From: the human T2T-CHM13v2.0 reference genome, Homo sapiens
Reading direction: 5' to 3' (one strand)
Length of the DNA stretch: 64,000 nucleotides
Assembly (NCBI RefSeq): GCF_009914755.1
Contig: NC_060927.1
The position numbers and the translations under genes are program-made. The notes beneath the pieces are model-generated. The model was not told the DNA's origin. It did not search any database and was given only the letters and a program-made list of their open reading frames with translations. Below, one piece after another: positions 27,381-41,206 of the stretch; the stretch's first letter is position 1, and each line of letters begins with the position of its first letter.

Positions 27381-27970
27381 CTATTAGAGCTCCTGTTGAT
27401 CTGCACTGGTAAAACCTGTAGGTGTTACAGAAAGGAAATGGTATGCCTATGAATAAGGAAAAGGAAGAACACTCTTTAAACATCAATCGCAGCCAGCAAT
27501 GTGCTATACCCATGAGACATAGGAAATACAGCAGCAAATCATACTTAGCATTCCTGTGATAGATGTTAGCCTTAATGAAGTATCTTCATGCCATACACAG
27601 GACCACAAAAGCCTCTGTGGGACCCAACATACAATTTCCTATAATAACTCGTGAATCCCATTCATTAAATTAGTCATATTGAACATTCTTATTCAATTTC
27701 TCTATATCTAATGCCAATAAACTAAAAAACATGTAGTATATGTTCCTATTTATATCTGCATATAAACATAAATACATATTTTTACATATATATGAAACAT
27801 TAAAAAACAGAGGTAATTTTTTTGTCTATATAATTTTCCCGTAGTGGCCGAATTTCCTAAAATAAGCATACATCATTTTTATAAGTAAGATGCTGATTTC
27901 ATTTTAATTAAACAAATAAAAAGTCATATATATTTAAAAATACAAAGAAACTACACCTTTCTACAATTAA

Positions 27971-27976
27971 TTTATT
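27971..27976 (-). terminator. Candidate - strand polyadenylation signal
   Basis: tttatt (AATAAA on -) followed ~20 nt downstream on - by GU/U-rich ggtgtagtttctttgtattttt. Confidence 0.25.
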
Positions 27977-29455
27977 AGAAGTTTGTTTACTGGTATTGTT
28001 ATTGTCTGCACTGACCTTAAGCCTCCTTAAAGAAAAAAAAAAGGCAAACAACTAAAATGCAATCAATCCAGTCAAATTCATGGTGTTATAAAGTTCTTCA
28101 GAACAGCACTAACATGGAAGACTTTTATAATAGGAAAGGAAAAACCAAATAAGAGAGAAAGAGAATATAAATAAATTATTCAGCCCTCCCTTTCAAAAAG
28201 TAAAGAAAATATTTTCAGAATAGATTATTTCTTTCATTATACTACTGACATATTCTTTCCCTAAATTCTAATTCTGATCCTAATCTTTTTCTCTACTTCT
28301 TTTTTCTCCTCATATTTTAAGATTCTAAGATTGTTCTCAAACTGTTGGCAACTGCTAGATCACTTGATGAGGGTTCAACAAGCATGTGGACCACCAGTTT
28401 TAGTTGGAAGAATGCCATTGTTTACAATCTTTCATCAAGGTATCTCTTACTGGCTCAATGATAAATTGTGTGAGCCATAGATCAGGTGAAATTTTTATCC
28501 AGAAAAATAATTTTAAAACATCTTCATTTGTACTGAATCAGAAAATCATGACATACTTAGAGGTCACTGGGATTAATACTGAATTCGAGATGGCTCTGTC
28601 AGGTAGTTCTAGATAATTTGCAATAAGCATCAACCCAGAGGTTACGAAAAGGTTTCTCACTGAAGACTACCTTCAATATGTAACAGATGCTAAGTCAAAA
28701 ATTATATTACACACAAACCTAAAACGTTGAAGGTTTTAACTCGGAAGATGGAGAAAAAAGGATTCTTAATCCATCTTTTGACAGCACTCAGTCCTATAAA
28801 GTTGTTAGAAAAAAAAAGTCTTCATGTTTTGCACCTGGAAATTATTTTTAAATGGGCTTAATAATGTGGCATCAATTCCTTTCCCCCAAAATGAGTAAAC
28901 ACATCAAATGTTGGGTAAAAGTCATGTTCTCAGTGATCGTTGAGCCATATGTACCAAAATTAATATTCTAAAGAAATTCTGCTATCTTGTCCTCAACTAA
29001 AAATCTTGTTGACCTTAAATTAATAGGTCAAGGCTACTTAAGAATTGATATGTATGACTTAATAAGACTACTTGAAATTATAGGAATAGTTTTTATAGGA
29101 TTTACAAGTATTATGAAGAAATAGTTTTTCATTTTTTCATTCATAGTTGCAAAATGTAGGTTATGAAATAACTTTAAAAAACAACATTTCCATTCATGTA
29201 AAAACCTCCCTCTCCTTGCTATGGGCAAGTCTGGTTCTCCATACCGTCACAATGACACTTTCGCAGTCAACATCACAGCTCAGGAAATAATTATTAAAAA
29301 CAAACAAACAAACACAAATATCTATTATAGAGTATGGGTTTTTAGTGATAAGAAAAACAAAAGTCATCAAGCATTTCTTCACATATTCACAGAACAAATG
29401 CCAAGAGCTGATTTAGACCTTCCAACTTAAAATTTAATTATCTGCTACCACATAC

Positions 29456-29713
29456 GTTAGATGGTATCTGTTTTTCCACAGTACAGTAATATGTTGATAT
29501 AATGCAGAATCCAACAATTTGGTATGATAAAGGAATTTTATCAATACTTTCTTCTGCTTTCTCTCTGAACATATTTGTCATCATCTTTGAGGCTGATTTA
29601 CCAGTTTTGAAGCAATCCTGCGCATTACTTGTAACTGTTTTTGCTATGAGGAGTACAATTCTGAATGAAGTCTTTGTAGTTTTGATCTTTTCACCTTTAG
29701 TAATAAAAGTCAT
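29456..29713 (-). CDS. Candidate 258-nt fully open exon / small ORF of unknown product (MTFITKGEKIK...EKQIPSN)
   Basis: ttttactgttttctggtacaaaatag|ATG...AAC|gtatgt; 86 codons with no stop, in unique AT-rich sequence; no homologue recognised. Confidence 0.3.
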
Positions 29714-30408
29714 CTATTTTGTACCAGAAAACAGTAAAATGGCAAAAACAAAAAGTTTCAATAGCTTCCTTTGATTATTTGACAAAGTTTGAGAAAAGAC
29801 AACATACTTGGAACCAGAGGAATCAGGAAGAAAAAGGACTGCTGGTATTTGTCAGTGGGCTTTCTATTTGTGCTTCTTAAGCTGATTGTACGAAATCCTC
29901 ACACCTCCATGTTCACTTTACCCAGCACTTATTAAATGTACATTTTATTGCTCCAGAAAACTATTCACTATTTATACTTATAATCATTATTGTACATTAT
30001 TGTTAGAATTTTCATATTTTTATATTTTAATGAATCTCCTTTAAACTACTGATGTATTTTTGTGAATTGGAAATACAACAGAAAAGTAACAATGAATAAT
30101 GCAAAATTTAATAAATGTAAACAATCTGCAAGTTATGTAAAACATATTAACCCGGACATATTATATACTGTATCCTGTTAAATGCCTGTTGGTTGAGATA
30201 AACACAAGCAAATCAGTTTCAGGATCTAATTGGTGGTGAACAGCTTTCACTATAGTAAAGTTAACTTTATGTATAACGAAATTGTTTACAAGGCCTGCAT
30301 TCCACACAATGACCTGGAATTGTGACAGTTCCTCAGTCCCAGAGATGCTATATTCATGATTTTGCAATAAACAAAACTAATACTTATTAAGAGCTAAGAA
30401 AATTTTCT

Positions 30409-30730
<322 letters not shown>

Positions 30731-31399
30731 CTAAATTAAATCCTAAATCTTTTCTTAATTGTATCACATCTTCACATACACACAAATCTACTATTTCTAT
30801 CTCAATTCAGTTAGCTTTATATTCCTGAATTGGTTTGACTCAGATAGAAAAGTTCCCACAACAACTCATTTTGAGACCATTTCAAGGTCTGCCTATTTAA
30901 TGTAGTTTAAATCCTATGTCAAAGTCAGGGCCTTGGGTTTATATGATTTATACTGATAAATCATAATGATAATCATAATAATATCTCAACAGAAATGTCT
31001 GTCATTTCAGGTAAGATAAATAATCTTGACTAAATTAAAACAAATGTTGAGGTAATTATTACTATGTACATTTGAAAGCAACCATAAGCTTCACAAAATG
31101 AATCAAATTCACAATCGCTACTCTCACAAAGTTTATGTATTAAGGACTATTGCAAAAGTCATCCATTAGTCTTTTCTTACACAAATAGGAAGTGAAACCA
31201 ATGATTTACCCTTTGTTTACAAAGATGTGACTATTTTTAAATTGTTATTTACATTTAAATTGAGCATTTATTTAGCACTTGTCTTAAAACAGTAATTTTT
31301 GGATGATATATAAAAGAGTATTTATTAAAGACTTCTATCTAAAAAAAAGGATTTATACCAATCCATGCACATATTAGCTTACTTCTACAACCTCACCTT

Positions 31400-31840
31400 T
31401 CACAGGTACACATACTTGAACCTCCAAACTTACTCCATTCATACTGAACTATGTGAACTATATGCAAACCCATGAACGGGTCATATACTTTTTTTTTAAT
31501 GCTAAACTTTTTAATAAGCTGTTTCTCTTCTTATAAAACCCTTAATACTTGTAACTGGCTAATTCCTACTCACCTTTTCAGTGCTCTCTTAGCCATCATG
31601 TCCTGTAGGAAGTCTTCCCTGACTTGGGTTAAGTGCCCCTTCTTGTGACTCTATACCTCTCTGGTATATAGAGAGAGGAATTATCACTCAACAGCAATTA
31701 TTATAAGATATTGAAAATGTCCAGTGCCCAGCCTGTCTCTCCCACTATACCATACATTCTCAAAGAAAAGGAGTATCTGGTGGTTACTTTTTTATTTCTA
31801 GCATCTAGACAAATAACAAGTATTGACTAAATAAAGTATA
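31400..31840 (+). mobile_element. L2 3' portion
   Basis: tggctaattcctactcacc...aggaagtcttccctgac...tgtctctcccactatac...tattgactaaataaa. Confidence 0.65.
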
Positions 31841-31849
31841 TTTCAGAAT

Positions 31850-32158
31850 ACAAGTTGGGTATTCCTTGTCCAAAGTGTTTCGTATTTCAGATTTTTTCAG
31901 ATTTTAGAATATTTGCATACACATAATGAAATATTCTTACAATAGAACCCAAGTCTAAACACAAAATTTATGTTTCACATATACCTTATATACGTAGCCT
32001 TAAGGTAATTTTGTACAATATTTTATAATAATTTTGTGCACCTCTCAAGTGAAGTTAGGTGTGAAATTTTCCACTTCTGGCATCATGGCAGTGCTCAAAA
32101 AGTTTTGGACTTTGGAATATTTTACTTCAGATTTTCAGATTATGGATGTTCAACTGGT
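31850..32158. mobile_element. Tigger4/MER46-type TcMar MITE
   Basis: TA-flanked; imperfect TIRs caagttgggtattcc / ggatgttcaactgg; internal cagattttagaatatttgcatac, acccaagtctaaacac. Confidence 0.85.
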
Positions 32159-33589
32159 ATAAGGCAAACTGTTTAGTCAATGTTATTTCTCAGAAGAAAG
32201 ACTCTCATATTATGGGCCACACTTCCAATTACTTTCTTATAAACAACAAAGTAGTATTTAGGAAAGATTTATTAGCAAGGAATTACCTCAGTTGGTACTG
32301 GTTTGTCATGGCTTTAGAGGTCAATCTGCTAGAATAGTTAAAAATAGAGGCAAAATAAAATGTAATACAAGTTTAGTTTTTATTTCTGGAATTTTTTTCA
32401 CAATTGCAAATGTTAGCTGCTGATTTAAATATGCCTTTCAAACATCATATAAAACAGCCAAAAGATTATATCATTACATAGTACAGATCGTAAATATATG
32501 CTTAAGGAACAAGTGTTGAAAAAAATTCCCCTAGTGTTATGGAAATGGTATTTGTGTCTTCTGATGAAATTTTAAGTGACAGTATCAAAGATGAATTTAA
32601 AACATGTTATAACTAAAATAACTTAGGTAAAACCAAAAATGATGTGGTTCGGAAAACATTGAAAAGGTACGAATTTTATAAATGTATGTGACGAATATGA
32701 ATAAAACGTTCATAAAGTTAGGATTGAAAATTAACATTAGTAAATTAAAATATTATTTTATATGACTTTAGTTATAATTATGTATATGCTATGAAATTAT
32801 AAGTAAATATTTGTCTCTCATATCTAAAGCTCCCTTCAAAAGAGTTTTTTTATGATAAAATATAAAATTCATTAGCTTAGAGTTATTTGGGGGCATGTAT
32901 GACATTTGATAAATACATGATTAAGTGAATGAATTAAGCTCTCTTCATCTTAGAAATCAAAACTAGAATTATATTATCAAACACCTTTATGTTTGTTTAT
33001 ATAAAAATAATTTTAATACATTTTATAAATTATGATACTTTAAAGAATGTATGCATTCCTAGGGGTCCTCTGAATCTCTCAATGATTTATTAACTTTTAT
33101 TTCACTTTCTATAATCCCTACCATAAATATTCAGTCACATACCATCTCACGCATACAGGCATAACTGGCATGTAAACTTAGGTAACTTTTCACCGAAACT
33201 TTTATGTGCAGATGACAGTTCTGATTAAAGGCTATGATCAATATGTCCTCTGATATGGACATATGGTTAAAATATCACTGTGTAGTTTTCCCTACAGAAA
33301 AGGGTAATAATAAAAGGATGGTAATAAGATGAAAGGTACTCTACAACTCTATTAGAAACAATAGAAAAACAAAGTCAATCCAAAATCATAGGAGGACAAA
33401 ATTACAAACTATTGTTTTTAAAATAATGATCTATCATTTTTTAGCACAATCTTCAATTTCAGGTATAAGCTTCAATTCCTATACTCAGAAATTCCAAAAC
33501 GCTGTTATTTAAATTATTAATGATTTAACGGAAATTTTATAATACTAAAACTTAAAGCTTAAGGTATCTTGGCTAAATTTTTTTGCTAG

Positions 33590-33910
33590 GTACATTCATT
33601 CAATAATTCATTCAGACATTTAGGTAATAATTAAATGACTATTAAAGTCCTACTATATTTTGGGTAGTATGTTAGTTCCTATGGTGACAATGAGAAGAAA
33701 AAAGCAGACACAATTCCGTTTTCATATTACTAATGCCTTGTGGGAACCAGACATTAATCAATAATCATAAAATTATTATATAACTATAAATAGATTTTGG
33801 AGAGAAAAATGAGATTCCATGATAGCATCTGAGGAAAAAAAATTGACATGCTTAAGAAGATTTCACTGAGAAAGTGATGTTTAAGCTGATATGATAGATG
33901 GGTAGGAGTT
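33590..33910 (-). mobile_element. L2 3' portion
   Basis: cattcattcaataattcattcagacattt...ttcactgagaaagtgatgtttaagctga. Confidence 0.65.
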
Positions 33911-34202
33911 TAGAGACTAGCAAATTAAAGCTAATAGGGACCAGGATTAATATTAAGAGGTTCTTTTTTAAATGAATACATAGGTATTCATAGGTAGTAA
34001 GAGCTGTTGATTAGTAAATTGTTGGGACAGGAATTAACGTTGTTACAGTAATACCTTCAAAATAGTTTGTTTTCCTAAATTGGCGAGAAATCATTCTAGA
34101 AATGCTGGCCATAGGATCTTTGTGTTTGACAAACCCGTGTTTTGTAAGACAAATTTCAGCAAGTTCTTTTTCCAATTATCATAAATTTAGAATTATATTT
34201 TC

Positions 34203-34575
34203 TGTCTTCATCCAGTTTCACACTGCTCTAAAGAACTACCTCTGATTGGGTAGTTTATGAAGAAAAGAGGATTAATTGACTTAATAGTTCCACAGGCTGT
34301 ACAGGAAGCATGCCTGGGGGGCCTCAGAAAACTTAAAGGTGAAGGGGAAGCAAGCATGGCTTACTATGGAGGAGCAGGAGAGAGAAAATGAAGAGGGAAG
34401 TGCTACACACTTTTAACCAACCAGATCTCGGTGAGAACTCACTCACTATCATGAGAACAGCAAGCGGGAAATTTGCACCCATGATCTGATCACCTCCCAT
34501 CAAGTCCCTCCCCCAACATTGGGGATTAAAATACAACATGAGATTTGGGTGGGGACACAGAGCCCAACCATATCA
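34203..34575 (-). mobile_element. MSTA MaLR solo LTR
   Basis: ggctgtacaggaagcatg...gagaactcactcactatcatgagaacagc...gagatttgggtggggacacagagcccaaccatatca. Confidence 0.9.
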
Positions 34576-34646
34576 GTGAAATCCTAATTGATGAGACTTT
34601 AGCCACAATTTAATGATATAATAAAACTTTCTAAAGATAAAAGTGT

Positions 34647-34958
<312 letters not shown>

Positions 34959-36819
34959 CTATCTTGTATACTAAAGAAATACAGAGTTAAAGAGATGAGA
35001 TTATAATTATATTGCACTAATAAATGGAAATTCGTCATCTTTCCTCCTGCAAAGTTTAACTAAAAGACAAATATCTTGTTCAGGAAGAAGCTTGTCAAGT
35101 TTTCATTCCTATCACTGATTATCCTACAAACACACACACAGACACAAAAGTGAGCTAATTTAAGAAATCATAAATTTAAATTACTGAGAGTTTTGTTATA
35201 ATGTTTGAGGTATATCTAATTTTCACTATAAACTGTAAATGCTATTATAGGAGACTCAGAAAATGCAAAAAGCTAGAAATTTCAGAAGATAAAATTATTC
35301 AGAATCCCATCACTGCAAAATGAGCACTGTAAAAATTTTCATGTTTGAATTGTTTTTAGTAATAATAATTTTCATTCTTTAATTGAATTTTTAATTAATT
35401 TCAAAAAACGTTTATAGCTAATCAAACTCTCTGGTCATTCAGTTTTTTGTACTCTTCAGTAAAGTCCACAGTAAAGGCTAATCTGAATGCTGACATCACT
35501 GCCTATAACTCTCTCTGTTGTGGTTTAGCCATTTTAGCTCCCCTTTCAAGAACAGTAATTCCCCCTGAACTAAATATTGTTAACCACAGATAAAGAAGTA
35601 CAAAACAAAGCCTATGTTGTTTTCCTGTGAATCCAAATGAGAAATAACGACTTTAAAGCATTTGATCTATCCCTTTAAAAGATGTAACACATTGGAGACT
35701 ATAAATCTTCTCCCTATAAATCCAACAGAGCTTTTCTTATCCTTCATCGTTGGAACAGTTTCTTGTTTGTTTGTTTTGCTTTGTTTTGTTTTTATTTCAG
35801 TTCAGAACCATATAAAGTAACTGAATTGGTTTTAGGTCAAAGCTATGTATTTTTTGGTGTCATCAAATATTAGAATCACTCAGAATGGCAAGATGCTCAC
35901 ATCCTGAGAAGTAAACAGGGATGGAAGCCAACCATAACTCCAATCTCACTCAGGGTGGTGAGTTCACTAATCAGCAAGAGCTTATTTAAGTGGAATAGTG
36001 AGAGTACTTGCTCAATAATTTGATAAAAATTTCTTTTTTAAATGAATGCATATGGTTAAATTTGTGTAAATTAAGTATGTGTATATTAACTCACATTTAT
36101 TGATGAGATTCTACTGTATTTCATCCCAACTTTCATTAGAATACATATTCTTTCTATAATTTAAGAATTTCCATATTGAAACCTGCAAATAATTTGTTCT
36201 CTGCTTATATTATCCGAATGCCCTATAAACCTGTCTGATACTTAAATTCTGAATGAAACTTCTAGGAGATGTAAGATGATAATATCCAGAAAAATAAAGA
36301 GGAAAAAGGATGAAAACAACAGAATGTGTCGGTATAAGGACATGTTACAAAGTTTTTACTGGGTTTAGTCTGTGGTTGGTTTATCATTATATTGCAAAAA
36401 ACTCTCCCATAAACTACTAATGATTGTAATTCCTATTAAATTGGGCTTTCATATTAAATTGTTTAAATTAGTTCTTTACTCTGTAAGCATAATCATAATC
36501 CATTGTCCCCCATTAGTCAATTTCTGCTTTGTAAAATTAAATATTCTGAATTTTAACATGTGAGGCATTGAAATATACAATGCTTTTCACATACCCAAGA
36601 CAGAAAGCCTATGACTAAACTTATGAAGAAACAAACTATAGAGAAATAGCTGTGAAAAAATACTTCTTATTGTGATAAAAATATCAAATGATCTGTTTAC
36701 AGGGAGCAATAAAAGGCACCATTTCAACTTTCAACATAGGTTGTTCCTTTTCATTTGTATTTCCAGGAAAGCGCTGAAATAACCAATAGTCATCCAGTTT
36801 AATTATTCTTTAAACTTTT

Positions 36820-37010
36820 TTAATTTAAGCTCAACTATTTGAATCATAGCAAGTTTGTAAGTTTCACAACCAACGTCTTAATATTAAAAATGAAGAACTT
36901 AGGCTTAGAGAGATTGTATGAATTATCTCACATTTTTGCACTTACTCAGTAGCAGCATTAGAACCCAAACTCAAATCTTTTCCCCGTCAAGTATTCCATT
37001 AGAACACTAC
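36820..37010 (-). mobile_element. MIR SINE
   Basis: aaatgaagaacttaggcttagagagattgtatgaattatctca...attagaacccaaactc. Confidence 0.55.
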
Positions 37011-37599
37011 AGCATGTTCTATTTTGAGTCTCTCTAGGCTAAGACTACATAGTTCAAGTGAAAATTAATAATGCATAATTAATTATTTGCCAAACAGGAG
37101 GAATATTTAAGGTTAACCTTTATCATGCAAGCAACAATTACTTAGATAATACAAAATCAACTGATTTGACACTTTGATTATTATAAATCACAAAACAAAT
37201 AAAAAACTAGGAATGGCTCCCAGGTTGGCCCATAGAGGGATTATTAAGATCCCTACATGTATTCATAAAAGTAATGCAATAATTTTGATTTTTCTTAGCT
37301 CTTTATGCTTTTCACACTCAATATTTTACTCTTATAGTGACTTACAGGCATCAGGAAAATGCAGAAATTAATTATAAGAAGTGTTAGGACTTGCCTCAAT
37401 TCTCCTGCTAATCCATGTAGAAGGTCTTCAACCTCAGGTCTGAGTTCTTATAGAAATCAAAACTTTTATAGGAGTCCATGCTTTCCTGACAACAGACAAA
37501 CATTCCAGGGGTTCCTTGAGACAAAGCCATGTACACAATGCAGGTCCCAGTTTCTTGGACTTCTTTCTATTATCACTAATATATATAGCCATAGAGTAA

Positions 37600-37654
37600 T
37601 TTTAACTTACAAACTTTTGCTCCCTCCAACTTACAATCTTTTGCTCCCTCCTGG

Positions 37655-37707
<53 letters not shown>

Positions 37708-38020
37708 CACTAGCCTTGGAAGAAACCAACTGTCATGTCATAAGGACACTCAAGCAGCCCTACAGACAGGACTTTGTGGTCAGAAACTGAGACTTCCTAC
37801 CAAGAACCATAGGATTAATCCATTTTGGAAACAGATTATTCTTTAGATGACCACTGACCTGGTCAATATCTTCACTGCAACCTACAAGAGGCTCTGAACT
37901 AGAAGCACCCAGTAAAGCAGGTCCCAAATTCCTGACCCACAGAAATAGTGAGATAAATGTTTGTTGTTTTAAGCTGCTAAGTCTGTGGTAATTTGTTATA
38001 TGACAATAGATAGCAAACAC
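37600..38020 (+). mobile_element. MLT1F-like MaLR LTR containing (CT)n at 37658-37701
   Basis: aaattcctgacccacagaaatagtgagataaatgtttgttgttttaagctgctaagtctgtggtaatttgttat...aatagatagc. Confidence 0.85.
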
Positions 38021-38299
38021 CCACTATGAGAAATCCAGGTTAACTACTGAATCTGTTTCTTCACCGTTACAATGAGATAATAGAGATATAAATATCTAAC
38101 ATATCGCATTGTTGTAAAGATAAAGAATATAAAAAACACTGTCCCTAGAAGACAGTAAAAGCTCAATGTCATTTTTTATTTTTCTATTAATATTATAACT
38201 ATCATTATCAATCTCAGAAGTTTGCCATGTTTCATAATCTTTTGCTGGCTCATGTTTACTTCATTAGCTGAGCAAGTGAAATTCATACACTAAAATAAA

Positions 38300-39130
38300 T
38301 ACAGATAATTGAAATTAATTATAGAGAACAGTACAATAAACGTATTATAAGAAAACACTAAGAATATTTTCATAGCTTTGGGGTAGAAAAATGTTCCTTG
38401 GCATAATCCAAGGTAAAGACCCTCAAAAAGTTGAGAGATATGACTACATAAAAATTGAAAACATCTTTAGAGTAAATAATTCCATATAAAAGTTAGAAGT
38501 CAAATGCCAAAAGGGTGAAAATATTTTATATATGTCAAAAAGTGAGTATCTTTAAAATACAGTCTTACAAAATAATGAGAGATACACATAAGCATGTATG
38601 GGAGTGTGTAAAACATTTTTTACAGCAGAATAAAACAAAAACATGCAAGTAAGTGAATGGAAATTTCACAGTAGTTCAAATGACTAGTAAACATATAAAG
38701 AGATGCTCAAAAAATAAAGGAAATACAAAATGAAAAAGTCATGGGTATCACTTTTTACCTTGGCTTAGACTGAAAATGTTTATTATCGATGAGAGGGTAG
38801 AGAAACTAGCACAACCCTGTGAGAGGTAAAGAATTCTTGAAGAGTATTCTGGCAATATGTATCATAACCTTATATGTGCTCCCTCATGCCCCTGCAACCT
38901 GGCAATGATTTTATCCTAAAGAAATAATCATAAAAGTCACACATGATTTGCAAAGAGTCATGGACACTGATACACATAAATACTTGAAAAACAAGCATCT
39001 TTCATATTTTTGCATTTTAACAAGTTAGCTTATAGAATAATATGTATTATATGTTGCCATTTTTGTATTTTAAAAAGTGTCTTCTCTTCAAAAGTTATTT
39101 TAAAAATACCGAACTATACTAATGATTGCG
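38300..39130 (+). mobile_element. Decayed L1ME fragment
   Basis: tatgactacataaaaattgaaaacatc...gtaaacatataaagagatgctca...tctggcaatatgtatca. Confidence 0.65.
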
Positions 39131-39225
39131 TGAGGGTATGTGGATAGCATCAGGAGGATCTTCTGTTTATATCCAGAAAATAATAAACCATAAAGCTACC
39201 TAGTTGTTTAATAGTCAAATCTTAC

Positions 39226-39291
39226 CATCTCAATTTTATGGTACACCATTTATGTAAGTGGTTATCCATATTTCATTATAGGGTGTTTGGG
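39226..39291 (-). other. Candidate 66-nt exon
   Basis: cttctttgctcttccttttctcatattaag|CCCAAAC...GAGATG|gtaaga; long pyrimidine tract; stops in all frames. Confidence 0.35.
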
Positions 39292-40304
39292 CTTAATATG
39301 AGAAAAGGAAGAGCAAAGAAGTAGAATAAGGAATAATGTACTCTCTTTATTTAACCAGAAAATATGGATTGAGATGTAGCTACTTAACAATAACAGGTTT
39401 GTGTCTAATGAGAGCCTCAAGGAGTTGGAGTCATTCTGTTGTAGCACATATCTATTCCAGAATATATGTGCTTGTATAAATTCTGTTGAGAATAAAAATA
39501 ATCTACATACTCTAATTACTTAAACATAATTTTCAAAATTATTATAGAGTCAAAACAGTTAACCCCTTTTCATTATCCTTCTGTCTTCTCTAACACCTCT
39601 GGTGGATGAGCTGCTATTGCAACTGTCATTGCAATTATTGATTGCAATTTTTGTCATTGCATTTATTGATATAAGAAAGTTTAAATCCATTAACTTTAAC
39701 TTCGTATTTCTTTTCTGTCCCATGTGTTCTTTATTTTTTTTTCTCTTTGTCTGCCTTTTTTTGAAATAGTTGAGTATTCAATGTTCCATTTTATCTCTAT
39801 TTTGGCCTTACTGTTATATCTCTTTATTTTGTAATGATTATTGTAGGGTTTACAATATGTAACTTTTAACTTATCAAGGCTACCTTGAAATAATAATATA
39901 CCACTTCATATATAATATCAAACCATTTCAACAACACACTTCTATTTCCCTGCTCCAATTATTTATGTAATTTATGTCAAACATCTTACTACTATATAAC
40001 CCACAATACATTGTTAATTATTTTGCTGCAAAGTGTTACCTTTTAAATAAAATTTTAAAAGAAAAAAGTGTGTTATATTTACTCATATATTTACCATTTC
40101 TGGTACTCCTCTTTACTTTGTGTTATTACAAATTTCCATCTTATTTGGTATCATTTTCCTTCTTCCTGAAGAACCTCCATTAACACATCTTGTAGTGCTT
40201 GTCTGTGGGTGATGATTTCTCTTTCAGCTTTTATGTCCCCAAAAGTCTTTATTTTATAGAATTCTAGGTTGACTCTTTTTATCTTTCAGCATTTTAAAGA
40301 TGTC

Positions 40305-40672
40305 TATATTAGTCCGTTCTCATGCTGCTAATAAAGATATACTCAAGACTGGGTAATTTATAAAAGAAAAAATTTAATTGACTCACAGTTCAGCACAGCT
40401 GGGGTGGCCTCAGGAAACTTACAATCATGATGGAAGAGGAGGCAAACACATCCTTCTTCACATGGCAGCAGCAAGAAGTGCTGAGCAAAAGGGGGAAAAG
40501 CCCCTTATAAAACCATCAGATCTTGTGAGAACTCACTCATTATCATGAGAACAGCATGAGGTAACCACTCCCGTGATTAAATTACCTCCCACCGGGTCCC
40601 TCCCACAACACGGGGATTATGGGAACTACAATTCCCGATGAGATTTGGGTGGGGACATAGCCAAACATATCA
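40305..40672 (-). mobile_element. THE1C MaLR solo LTR
   Basis: tattagtccgttctcatgctgctaataaag...gcaagaagtgctgagcaaaagggggaaaagccccttataaaacc...gagatttgggtggggacatagccaaacatatca. Confidence 0.92.
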
Positions 40673-40918
40673 ATGAAATTCTAAGTCTTCTAGTTTATAT
40701 TGTTTCTGACAAGAAGTATTTAATATTTGTGTCTTCCTCCTGTACATAATGCCTCCATTTCCTGTCTCTTTCTGGGATTTTCTTGTTATCAATTGTTTTC
40801 AACAATTTTAGTATCATGTGTCTTGATGCCATTTCCTTCATTTTTCTCCTCTTACTTATAGTTGAAATCTCTAGATCTTTGTAAATACAGTTTTAGTCAA
40901 ATTTGAAATATTTTCAGT

Positions 40919-41206
40919 GGCCAGGCATGGTGGGTCATGCCTCTAATCACAGCACTTTGGGAGGCTGAGGCAGGCAGATCACTTGAGGTCAGGAGTTTGA
41001 GACCAGCCTGGCCAACATGGCAAAACCCTGTCTCTACTAGAAATACAAAAATTAGCCGGGCAAGGTGGGGGTTGCTTGTAGTCCCAGCTACTCAGGAGGT
41101 TGAGGCAGGAGAATCACTTGAACCCAGGAGGCAGAGGTTGCAGTAAGCCACGATGTGCCACTGCACTCCAGCCTGGGCAACAGAGCAAGACTCCATATAT
41201 ATATAT
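40919..41206 (+). mobile_element. AluSz/Sx with tail decayed to (AT)n
   Basis: Full Alu body; flanks atattttcag / atatttcag. Confidence 0.92.

Noticed and set aside
30161-30367. 68-aa - strand ORF in unique sequence
   Set aside because: Non-ATG start and no convincing flanking splice sites; more likely non-coding
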